A DNA stretch of 64,000 nucleotides from Mytilus edulis. Taxonomy: Eukaryota. The stretch covers positions 64,666,001 through 64,730,000 of the forward strand of contig NC_092356.1 in NCBI RefSeq assembly GCF_963676685.1, read 5' to 3'. Made by a program: the position numbers and the translations under genes. Below, piece by piece: positions 28,530 to 40,933 of the stretch. Position 1 is the first letter of the stretch, and each line of letters starts with the position of its first letter. The notes under the pieces were generated by a model. That model did no database searches. It was not told the DNA's origin and saw only the letters and a program-made list of their open reading frames with translations.

Positions 28530-29155
28530 ATTCAATGATATTTCACGACAGCGCAAAACATAAAAAAAAATATTTTGTGACAGCACAAAACATGAAATTA
28601 ATATTTCACGACAGCGCAATACATGACAATGATATTTTATGACAGCACAAAACATGACAATGATTTTTTATAATAGCACAAAACATGACAATGGTATTTT
28701 ATGACAGTACAAAACATGACAATGATATTTCACGACAGCGAAAACATGACAATGATATTTCACGACAGCGCAAAAAATGACAATGATATTTCATGACGGC
28801 ACAAAACATGACAATGATGTTATGACAGCATAAAACATGACAATGATATTTCACGACAGCACAAAACATGAAAATGATATGTCATGACAGCACAAAACAT
28901 GACAATAATATTTTACGACAGCACAAAACATGACCATGATATTTCACAACCGTAAAAAAAAACATGACAATGATATTTTACAACAGCACAAAACATGACA
29001 TTGATATTTCATGACAGCGCAAAACATGACAATGATATTTCATGTCAGCACAAACATAACAATGATATTTTATAACAGCGCAAAACATGATTATGATATT
29101 TCATGACAGCGCATAACATGATAATGATATTTCATTATAGCATAAACGTGATATA
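28530..29155 (+). repeat. 31-bp minisatellite, ~20 copies (GACAGCACAAAACATGACAATGATATTTCAT)
   Basis: Unit starts at 28641, 28672, 28703, 28734 and onward. Confidence 0.95.
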
Positions 29156-32100
29156 ACCAAATGTTATGATACCATCAGGATTGTACACCCACCAATTGCG
29201 GTGCAAACGACGTCGTAGATTTTAAAACTCGTCAAAGATACCAGGTTTATAACTGATTATCCTGCCAAATTATAGAACGAAAGAAGGATGTATTTAATTA
29301 AAAGAAAGTTAACGTGAACTTGGTATCTGACTATCTACTGTTTTCATTATATTCGTGTGTTAGTTCCATGATTATAAGTTTAAAAAAATAATTAATTTAC
29401 TACAAAGGAAAACTAAATGTCGGAGAAAATCTAAAGTAATTAAGAATTCAATTCCTTCATGTTAACATGAGAAAGATAGCTGTGAACTAGTGTTTGAAAG
29501 TTATGATTTATCTATTTTTGGTTACTTACAACCTTGGTTTAAATCTTCAATTAGCAAATTTATTTATCATTTATAACCTATCCTCTCGTATAACATGTAC
29601 AGCAACACGTACGTTTTGTAAAGTATACTGTCATAACTCGATCCCCAAAGTCACTTGCACATAAACCGATTTTCCTAAAAAAAAACATTGCTTACGATTC
29701 ACTTAGAAAAAGAGAAGTTGATCATAAAAAAATATGTCATATAATTCATTTGTTTCTAAATCCAGAAAAGATCTTCAGACGCATAACACTTACAAAAAAA
29801 TAAAATTTAAAATAAACTTTTATCGGGTAGATATAGCTGATAGTTGACTATAAGTCTCCGAGGATATCTTCAGCTAAATAGTCATTATCTTGGTACTGAC
29901 ATGATTTATAAAATACCATCTTACATGTGCTCATATAAATGTAGAAATCATGAAGATACTAGGGTTCTAACTGTTTAAACGAAAGTTGATCTGAAATGGA
30001 TGTGGCTGTAGTATTTATGTACCTTTTGCACATACAGCTCTTGACGTGGTCGGTTCTTATGCATCTTGGTCTTTTAAGTACTGGGCTTGACGCTTACTTG
30101 CATTTTTAAAATAAAGTAAATTGTAAAAAGGGAGATATTGATTAAATGTCATTTATGATATAGCACACGAATTGCAACCTGACATTTAGCGGTTTATAGA
30201 CAGTTTCCAATATTAGACACGGTTCACACAGAAAAGGTCTTGGTACATTGTATTTGATTTCCTAACAATAAACATTTTGATAATATGAATATGTGACATG
30301 ACTCAATGTCATAGGAATGTATTCAATAATTTTGCTACGTTAGAAAATGTTTTAAACAATAGTACTGTTAACAAATTTAATTCAACAAAAAAAAATATAC
30401 CATTATATTTGTTTTAATATTTTTCTTTTTTTCAACATTTATACGTTTAGCCTACATTTAGTGGAGTCATATTGTGTTTTACACCTGATGAATTTTTTTC
30501 AACAATAAACTAGACGTATAATAATATTTTTTGCTGAAATACCTGTTCCACTCTTTCGTTAGTGTTGGATTGCAACCTCAAAGCAAACTAAGTTTAAATC
30601 AATTTAAAAACGCAACAATTATATATTTAAGTTCACCCAAAAAGAAAAAGAACGGTGATTTCGTATTTGAGAGAATTATAATTGTGCTTTAGCATTTTCA
30701 ATAATAATCTATTTTTAAACCATTCGATGTAATTAAACAAATCACATCACATCACATCTGATAATTTTATAGACGGTGACTGAACATTTGTTTGTTTACT
30801 CAAATATAGTTTATTAATCAAAGTAGTTGTTTACATTGTAAATTAACACAGTTTTTCAATGGTATAGGCCTTGGTTCTACAGATAAAAATGACCTGAGTA
30901 CAATTATGTCATACAGAGGTAAATATCTGCAAAAATGTTGAAACAATGAATTCTGGTCTGCAGTCGAAGAAGTCGTTCATCAAATATCATTAATACTTTG
31001 TAAATAGAAAAAAAGTGTTTTGATTCTATCTGATACAGTCTATACACATGACTCAACCCTATTGTAGGTTCTATATCTATGGCAAATTCATAATCTACGT
31101 TAAATGTGACGTCACAAATGCCAATACAAGTCTTAAATATATGGAAGTGTTTTTTTTGTTGTTAAAAAAAACAGAAAAAAAAGAATGCACTACAATGTCT
31201 ACCCAACAGCTAACATATAGAAGGAAAATGAAATGCCAGTTTTTAAGCACCCTTATGCTTAAATCATTATTTCAGAAATTTGAGTTTACGGTGTCGAAAT
31301 TACCTCTAAATGGAAACATACGGTTGCCGTGTGTTTCTGTTTTAATTATATATTGTTTTTTCGTTTATGATTTTAAACAAAAATTGTGCCGTTGGTTTTC
31401 TCTTTTAAATGGTTTTACATATGTCATTTCGAGGCTTTTAATTGCTGACTACGCGATATTGGTTTTGCTCATTGTTGACCGCTATACGGTGACCTGTAGT
31501 TGAACATTTCTTTGTCTTTTTTGTCTCTTGTACAGAAGTGTCTTATTGGCAATCATACCGTATCGTCTTCACCTTCTTTACATTTTTGTGATTTAAAATG
31601 AAGTGGAGAAGAAACAGTATAGCTACGGAAATTACTTTCTGTCTGCTACAGTTTTCAAGTTCTTATTTTTCAACCCTTGTCAAACAGACTGCTGTCTAAG
31701 CCGCAAAACTCCTTATGTCCTTGTTAAGATTTACAAAATGACTGGAAAAAACATTTTATGATTTCCTTAACCTTTCATATTTTATGACTATCATTACTTC
31801 TCGCACGTATTTGGGGATGGTTGATTTATAATTGCTGAAATGCAGCTAATTTATTGTTTTGTTATTTATTGAAAACATTTCAGACAAAGGTTTCTGATGT
31901 CTTTTTCCATTCCTTAATAAAAGCATTTATAAATCATTACCGCAATTACTAGTGTTTTTTTAAACGGTTTAATACCACATCATCACTGACAGATTTATTA
32001 CTTATCATTCTGTTGTCAAATAAGCGACTTTTATTTATCTCTGTTTTGTCATTTTTTAAGGTCTCAATTTGTTAAACGAACTTTTCAGAACGTTTAAATA

Positions 32101-32159
32101 AAGTAACTAAAAACAACAGTTAATCAATTGTTTACTCAATGCTAAAACAAGTTCTTACG

Positions 32160-32540
32160 GGAGAAATAAATATAGGTTCCACAACTGCAACAAGTGTATT
32201 ACCATATTTCTCCACTCGAGACAGTTAAATTTTAATATTTAAATAATTAAAATTTAACTGTTGAGAGTGGAGAAATATCGCAATACACGAGTTACAGTGG
32301 TGGAATCTGTTTCTCTTATGATTTGTATCCTTCCTTTTCAAAGATTTGAGGAAAGTTGTGTACTTTTGATATGACGTCATCAGGCATGGTCGCCTTTTTA
32401 CATCGTCTCAATAAGAAAATTCAGAAGAAAACAAGAAAATTCAACGTCACAATTAAATTTTAACCAATCATTTGCCGAGAACAGATTTTTCACTAGTGAG
32501 GAGAAATATTTTTCTCACACTGGTCAGGAAATGTGAAAAT
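32160..32540 (+). mobile_element. Short non-autonomous element: ~155-bp terminal hairpin plus TGACGTCA and CCAATCA
   Basis: Palindrome centred near 32240 (ATATTTCTCCACTC...GAGTGGAGAAATAT). Absent from the duplicate near 35510. Confidence 0.65.
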
Positions 32541-34015
32541 AGAACAAACATTTGAAAATCGTTCATCTTCAATTGAAATTGAAGTAGAAAGTGAGAGATT
32601 TAGCCAGTTTTAATCGACCATTTTCTACATAAGAAAATGTATGTACCAAATAAGGAATATGGCAGTTGTCATTCATTCGAATAATGTGTTTGAGCTTTTG
32701 ATTTTACCATCAGATTAAGGACTTTCCTTTTTGAATTTTCCTTGGAGTTCAGTTTTTTTTGTGATTTTAGTTTTTTCAAACAGCAGTGGTATCGAACACG
32801 TGGTTGCAAAACGCAATAAAGGTACCGAGCTGTTAACTGAGTATCTTGTCAAATTATAAAACGAAAGAAGGATGCATTAAATCAAAAGAAAATAATTAAC
32901 GTGAACTTGATCTCTGACTATCTTTTGTTATCATTATTTTCCGTGTGTTAGGGCCATTATGATCAGTGTCCAGGTAATAAATCAAATACAAAGGAAAACT
33001 AAAGGTCGACGAAAATTAAAAGTAATTTAAAATTCAATTCCTTCATGTTAAGATGAGAAAAATGACTTACTTCCTTGGTTTAAATCTTCAATTGGCAAAT
33101 GCATCTATGATTTTAACCTATCCTCTTGAATAACATATATATCATCACATATTATTTCTAAAACAGACTCATATAGGGGTTGTTCAAAACATTTTGGCTG
33201 GATAGCAGACATAAATATGCAGCTCAATCCTGTTTCTATTCTTAGTGAGTTTCACCTTTAGGATAAGAAAACAGAATAAATCGATTTTTTAAATTGTTGC
33301 TTAAGATTCATAAATAAATACAAATATAAATATAGATATCGTTGCTTGTTCACTATTAGTCCTCGAGGGAACAATCAGCTATATGGTCATTATCTCGGTA
33401 CTGACGTTGATTTATTTGTAAAAATAGAAATTATGAGGAAACTACGGTTCTTACTGTCTAAGCCATAGCTGCATGATCTGAAAAGGATAAAGCAGCTATT
33501 ATTTTATGTACCTTTTGTGCATATAGCTCGTGACGTGGTTTGGTTCATATACCGAAGTAAACGTTTGCGAAAATGATGAAACAAATAATGCTGGTTTGCA
33601 GTAAAAAAAATCTCGTGCATTAAAACATCATACAGATATTGCAAATACAAAAAAGTGTTTTGATATTACCAAAACAGTCAATATGTTAGACGCAAATATA
33701 TGGTGGGTTCTAGATATATGGCAAATGTTTAATCTACGTTACATATGACGTCACAAAATGCCAAAACAAGTTCAAGATCTTTTGCAATCTTTTATTATTT
33801 GTTTGTTTCCAATTTTAATGCAAAAAAACTACAAGGTCTACGACACGGGTAATAGTTTATTCCCCAACCCTGTAAAAATGGAAAATAAACTGCCAGTTTC
33901 CAAGCACCCTAATTATATAACTCATCAATTATTATTTCAGAAACGTGAGTAAACGGTGACAAATAAAAAATAAGCCTGTCGTGTTTTGTTGTATTACATT
34001 TTGTTTTGTTGTTTG

Positions 34016-34185
34016 TGATTTTGTACAGACATAAGACCGTTGGTTGTTCATGATTTTGTACAGACATAAGACCGTTGGTTGTTCATGATTTTGTACAGAC
34101 ATTAGACCGTTGGTTGTTTATGATTTTGTACAGACATTAGACCGTTGGTTGTTTATGATTTTGTACAGACATTAGACCGTTGGTT
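34016..34185 (+). repeat. 35-bp tandem repeat x5, amplified from within repeat family A
   Basis: TGATTTTGTACAGACAT(A/T)AGACCGTTGGTT starts at 34016, 34051, 34086, 34121 and 34156. Confidence 0.95.
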
Positions 34186-34943
34186 TTTCTCGTTTGAATT
34201 ATTAAACATTTGTATTCTCGGGGACTTTTATAGCTGACTATGCGATTTATGAGCTGTTCAGTGTTGAAGGTCATACAGTAAACTATATACACCTGTGTGC
34301 TCATTAACGATAACAGATTTTTAATTGTGTTTTTAAAAAGTTTCGATTCGCTGTCTCTGTTCGTTTGAATGTCCCACTAGTTCTTTTGCCTCTCTATCGC
34401 ATGTTTAGAGTAACATTCTACAGAACATTATACACTGTATTGTATTTAACATATCTGCATGTAATATGTTAGATGAAATAAACACAGATGAGATAATTTT
34501 TCTTGCTATCTCTACGTGGAAATGCCTGTTTTTTTCCAAAACTAGTCAAAGGACTATTTATTTTTCTAAAGAAAACTAGACAAATTATCTCCATTTAAAG
34601 TTTAAGAAACAAAAACTTTAACCCTTCCTATCTTCTTGTGATTATAATTGATATTGAGAAGAAAGATAGAGGCTATGGAAATTACCATCTGTCTGCTTAC
34701 GATTTCAGGTATGTATTCTTCAACTCTTCTCAATCAAGCTGATGTCTTAGCCGCATACTCTATGTGAGATTGTTAATATATTCGAAATGACTGGACAAAT
34801 AGTTTGGTTTCCTTAACCTTCAATATTTTATGACTATCATTTCTATTAATTTTTGTTTTGTGATAGTTCATTTATAATTGCTAGAACGCAGCCAATTTAG
34901 AAATAAACTCATCATTGATACCAGGATCGAAATTTTATATTTC

Positions 34944-34986
34944 CACCAGAGTCGAGTTTCGTCTACAAAAGACTCATCAGTGACGC
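34944..34986 (-). ncRNA. Minimal type I hammerhead ribozyme (stem III degenerate) within retrozyme-like repeat 34903-35198
   Basis: Minus strand: GCGUCA-CUGAUGA-GUC uuuugua GAC-GAAA-CUCGAC-UC-UGGUG. The core is intact but the 15.2-16.2 pair is lost. Confidence 0.65.
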
Positions 34987-36794
34987 TCGAATAAAAAAAA
35001 TGTTAAGAAAGCCAAATAAAGTACGAAGTTGAAGAACATTGAGGACCAAAAATTCCTAAAAGTTTTGTCGAATACAACTAAGTTAATCCCGAAGTAGAAA
35101 AGCCTAAGTATTTCAAAATTCAAAGTTTGTTAACAGGTAATTTATAATTATGAACATATCAATGATAACTCAAGTCAACACAGGAATGCTGACTACTATT
35201 CTGTTATTTATTGAAAGTATTTAAGACAAAGGTTTCTGTTTTTCACTTCCATTCTTTCATAAAAGCATTATAAATCATCACCATAATAACTAGTTATTTG
35301 TTATACGGTTAAATACTTCATCATCAGAAACAGATTTATTACTTATCAGTCTGTTGTCAAATAAGCGGTTATCATTTATCAGTCTGTTGTCAAATAAGCG
35401 GTTATCATTTATCTCTGTACGCTTTTTTTAAGGTCGTAATTTGTTAAACGATCTTTTTACAACGTTTAGATAAAGTAGCTTAAAACAACAGTTAATCGAT
35501 TTTTTAATTAAAATTAAAAAAAGCTAAAACCAAAGAAAAAATAATTGTCCTTCTTCATTTGAAATTTAGAAAGAAAGTGAGAGGTACTGTTAGCTACAAA
35601 AATGTTTTTAATCCATTTTCTCTACAGAAGAAAATGTCTGTACCAAGTTAAGATAAATAAACGTCCACCTGTCTTATTCTTTTCAAACAAACTGCTTTTT
35701 GGGGTTGTAACGGACTCGGTTAAATTACAGTCTCAACCAAGTACAATGCACAGATTTGGGAAGTTGAATTATCTCGGAGTACATAATTCAAAGTCTTTAT
35801 GATTGTAAGTCACCTCCCTTCTAAGACAATTCTGTTGTTCTCGTCACTATCTTGTTGACTTTTATTCAAATGATGCCTGCTTAACAAAAGAAGTCAAGAG
35901 ACTTCTTTTAATTGAAAATGATATTGAGAAAAAATAATAAAGCAACGAAAACTACTTTCTGTCTGCTAAAGATTTCAACTTTTTTTCAAAACAAGCTGCT
36001 GACAACGCTGTAAACTCTGTATTAGGAGATAAGAAATATATGGGGGGAAATAGTTTATGATTTCCTTATCCTTCCATATTTTATGACTCATTATAATCAT
36101 TTTCGTTTTGTGATGGTTGATTTATAGTTGCTAAACCGCAACTAATTTAGTATTTTTAAGGCAAAGGTTTCTGTTTGTTTATTTCCATTCGTTCATAAAT
36201 CATCACCATAATTACAAGGTATTTGTTAAACGTTTGATTACTTTATCATCGTTGACAGATTGATTGCTTTTGAGTCTGTTGTCAAACAAGCAGCGATCAT
36301 TTATCTCTGTTTTGTCTCGAACAAACATTTGTCCTACTACGTTTAGAAAAAGTTACAAAAAACAATACTCCCATTATTTCTAACTCTCAATTTCTTAGCG
36401 TTTACTTTACATTTGTTTGTGGTGTCCATTTCACCTAACTGAATATAAAAGTATGATTAACATTACACACAATTTTGCAGTGGAAAAACGTCATCTATAT
36501 CGCATATTTAAAGTAAAATAGATAATACTAGTTTGCATTTCCTATTGCAGCCTCTGTCATATGTTTGTACTATTTCGGGGAACATATTTGCCAGAAGTTC
36601 AGAATAGAGTATGTAGATCCTACACAAAAAACCAGAACCATATCAACAATAATATTAAATGGTTTCTATAAAGTTAGTTTCAAAATATTTCTCTAATGTT
36701 TACAGATTTTTCAGTTACTGTTGTGTACATTGTCTGTGTTCGGATTAATAGAGTAACATTATAAAAGGAACCTTTTTCAAATTTGACAAATCGT

Positions 36795-37416
36795 AACGTA
36801 ACAGTACCCAAATTGCACCGAGTACCCAAATTGACCTATTTAGCAAAAATAGCAGCGAAAATCTTTCAAGATTTCCTAGAGACTAAACAATTTGTATTTT
36901 TATGATTTGATACTATGCACGTCTTTCAACATAGGTAAAAATATTTAGATATACACAAAACGTTCACAGTATTTATCAACAGATGAAGTGTTTACTGAAA
37001 AAGCTAAATGGACCGAAACGTCGCCATGCGACGTCATCAAAACGTCATCATTTTAAAATGAGCAAATACAATATGTTTCAAGTATCCATTTCTTAAAAAA
37101 TGAAGAGTAAGCATGGACAAGTATCCAATTGCTTAAATATTTGAAAAAATTAAACAAAAGCTCTGTTATTCGACTTTTGACGATGCGAATTTACTCATGT
37201 ATGGAATTTGGGTACTCCTCGTTACAGAATCATTGATGGTTTGGAGGTTAGTTCAGACCAATTTTTCTATGATTTAATATGGATTAAAAATCTAACTGGT
37301 ATATAATAAAGAAGGATACGGCTACAAACTTAACACAAAATGGAAATTGTTTTGATTATAAAAAAACGTAGTTGAAAAAACTGTCAAAATAGATGCAATT
37401 TGGGTACCGTCACGTT
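36795..37416. mobile_element. MITE with ~23-bp TIRs
   Basis: AACGTAACAGTACCCAAATTGCA ... TGCAATTTGGGTACCGTCACGTT, with internal GTACCCAAATT subrepeats. No clear TSD. Confidence 0.7.
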
Positions 37417-40400
37417 GAGTATGACAGTGGGAATAGATATTAATAATATATTTTATTTCAAGATATATTTATGTAAGCTTTTCGAAAAAAAACACATCAC
37501 AAAATTTCAACCTTCCCAACCTGCTTATAAATATAATGGTGATAAGAAAGATTATTGGTACGCAAATTAATTTCAGTCACTAAAAACTTTCAATTATGAA
37601 CTCTGCATCACGTCAATAAATAATCTGCTATGCATGCCATATTTTCATGGTGACATTGCTTATATAAAGAAAATGGTTTGACTACCGGTAACTAGTATAT
37701 GATTGCTTAAACCTTCTAAAGTTTATGCATCATGTCTTTGTCTTTTTGCTCTTGGGACGGTTGGTTTATTAAGTATAAAAAGGTAGCAAATTAGTATTTT
37801 TTTATTTATCGAAAAGAAATACGACGGGTGCTTCTCTTATTTATTCCCATTATTTCATAAAAACATTTATAAAGCATTACCATATTTACCAGTTCTTGGT
37901 AAAGCCGATAGATAATATATATAATCATTCAAAGCATTTATACCTTTATGGTCTGCAATAAACAGATTACCATGTATCTCTTTTTTCTTACTTTTGGGAT
38001 TATGTTTTAGTTGAACGATCGAATGTCCTAATCTTTTATCATAAGAAAGTGACTGGTGACTGATAGTAGTAGAAGCTACTTATTTTACTCGAGTGTAAAC
38101 GTTTTGTTACGATGACAAATGACTAGTATTATTGATCTTTAGATTCAGATTGAAAGTACGAAGTTTTACGTTAAAACGAACTAAATTGCAATGTATTCAA
38201 ATAGTCGGATCAACTATACCAAAAACAAATGTGTTTCCGATCAAAGATTGGCTTTGTCACTAATCTTTTGTTTAAAAAATGATTAAACCCGGATGAACCA
38301 GAGCTTTAAAGGTGAAAGTATGCAATCAATTTCATTGAATAGATATAGTTTCCGTTTTACTGACAAGATATCACATGATGACATATGAAAGAATCTTATA
38401 GCAAATGAAAACATCCAAATACCAGAATCATTTAATGGTATCAGGGACGATTATCACAAAAATCTATTATCCAATGATACATGATGTTGGTTTAAATGGT
38501 GGTGCAAAAATATCTACAATGTATTGTACATATGCAAAGCAAGTGTAGTCCTCCACAAAATAATGATTAAAAGGTCAATCAATATCTTGATGATGAGAAT
38601 TCTAATTAGATATTTAATCAAATGTTAAAATTACAAATAATGGTACGTAATCAATACCAATGATGCAAAAAAAAAGAGAATCAGGCTAAATTAAGTCAAC
38701 AAAGATAATTTATGTTCTAAAATAATGTTTTGGATTAATTGTGAACACGAAAGGTTCAATGGCGCGTGACTCACTAATCTAGTAAACCATACTATTTTGA
38801 TATAAATATAATAATCAGGACTAAATAATACTGGACTTATATTGCCAAAAACGTGGCTTCATGCTATCTGTTTATGTTTTAGACTAAAAAAATACAAAGC
38901 AACGTTTATCACTTGTCACTCAATTTTAGTATCGTATTCTCAAAATTCCTCAGTCATTATTAGATTGTACGTGTTGAAGAGAGAAACGAAAGATACGATT
39001 TTATTCAAACTCATAAGTAAAACATAAACTGCCAACTTAGTGGCTGAAAACGAAAAAGACAACCAGACAAACAATAATACACAAAACCAGAGGAATTTAT
39101 AATATATAATAATAAAAACGTATAAACGTTATGATCTATAATACTAAAAGATTCTTCCAAAATGAACAGGTAAATTAAATGCTATCGTATCGTATATCGT
39201 ATCGTAAACAAAGTGCGAGGTTTGGCATGCCACAAAACCAGGTTCAACCCACCATTTGTTCTTTTAAAAATGTCCTGTACCAAGTCAGGAATATGGCCAT
39301 TGTTATATTATTGTACGTTTCTGTGTGTGTTACATTTAAACGTTGCGTCGTTTGTTTTCTCTTATTTATGAGTGTAAATTCACATTGCGATAAGACGTGG
39401 CACGGTACTTGTCTATCCCAAATTCATGTATTTGGTTTTAATGTTATATTTGTTATTCTCATGGGATTTTGTCTGATGCTTGGTTCGTTTTAGTGTGTAT
39501 TACATTTTAGTGTTGTGTCGTTGTTCTCCTCTTATATTAAATGCGTTTCCCTCGGTTTTAGTTTGTTACCCCGATTTTGTATTTGTCCATGGATTTAAGA
39601 GTTTTGTACAGCGGTATACTACTGTTGCCTTTATTTATGGTCCTTCATTTTATCGATACTTTAGTTTTTGCAATGTACACTAATGTTTTTCAAATAATGT
39701 TTATGACGTCTGTAGATTAAATTAGAAAAGTCATGGAGTCGATTTCACAAAAGTACTTAGGACTAAGATCGATTTTAAGTCAGGAACAATTCAGTATCAA
39801 TCTTAGTCGTAAGTTCCTTTCTGAAGTCGAATCCTAATTTATATGCAGAAGGGGAAGTTTGCTTTTTCATTCGTTGAAGCAGTATAATTTATTAACTAGA
39901 TCCAATCAGGTTATAGTTGGTGTTAAGTCGTTCGTTTATATTTTGAGAATATTTGTTTTAAATGTATTAACTGATGATGACAAAGTGATGGCAAAAGTTC
40001 GCCATAGCCCTTAGCCTTTTACATGCTCTTTGATAGGTTTCGATTTTACAGCATGTCCTTTAATTATGAAAGTGTACATAGTTTATTTAGGACGATAGCA
40101 ATCCAAATCGTTTTAGATTACGAAAACATCACAGCAACTATTGCAGATGTGCAATTAGAATCACTGCGATTCAAAGTCGTAAAATGTTGTCATTTTAATG
40201 TTATAGTTAACACTGCCATTAAAGCGGGAGGTTTGGCATGCCACAAAACCAGGTTCAACCCACAATTTTTCATAAAATGCCCTGTACCAAGTTAGGAAAA
40301 TGTACTTTATTGTTCGTTTCTGTGTGTTTCACATTTCGGTGTTGTGTCTATATTGTGGCGTAGTTCTCTTATATTTGATACGTTTGCCTCAATTTTAGTT

Positions 40401-40933
40401 TGTAACCCGGATTTGTATTTTCTCTATCGATTTATGAATTTTGAACCGCGAAATACTACTGTTACCTTTATTCATGATTGAACGATACCTTTGATATAGT
40501 TCAATAAGAGCTAATGAGATTTTAAAGATGTCATTTATTGATGTGTTGATAAAAAACATGTTGTAACTGAGCATATTATGATTTCAAGCGTGCAGCATAG
40601 TAAAATATGATTGATATAAGTTATTGCAAAATAAAGCTCTATTAAAAATATGCTTTTAACTTTGAGTAAAATCATTCTTTCTAATAGCATTTAGTGAAGG
40701 TATTTCTAAAGTTTTGATCTGATGGATTCAGCCTATTCAAATGATAAGAAAAGTGTCTTCTCATGTTTTGTTCCACCATTGTTTTAAGAAAGATTAATAA
40801 TTTAACCCTCATTACAATGTCAACCCCCGCAAAGTTTTTACTATAGTTACTATGTCGTATTACTTTTGTTGTACGATTTATTGCAAGTAGTTTACCATAG
40901 TTTAATATTTTAGTATATGCCTAGTTTATCTCA

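Larger units (their letters stand above)
29215..36360 (+). repeat. Local tandem duplication (about 29215-32650 vs 32820-35660) plus a third partial copy (about 35915-36360)
   Basis: Anchors 29265/32848, 31090/33730, 31605/34655/35925 and 32565/35550. Confidence 0.85.

Noticed and set aside
28530-29155. CRISPR-like periodicity here and at 34016-34185
   Set aside because: Head-to-tail units with no unique spacers, no cas genes and a eukaryotic context. These are minisatellites.
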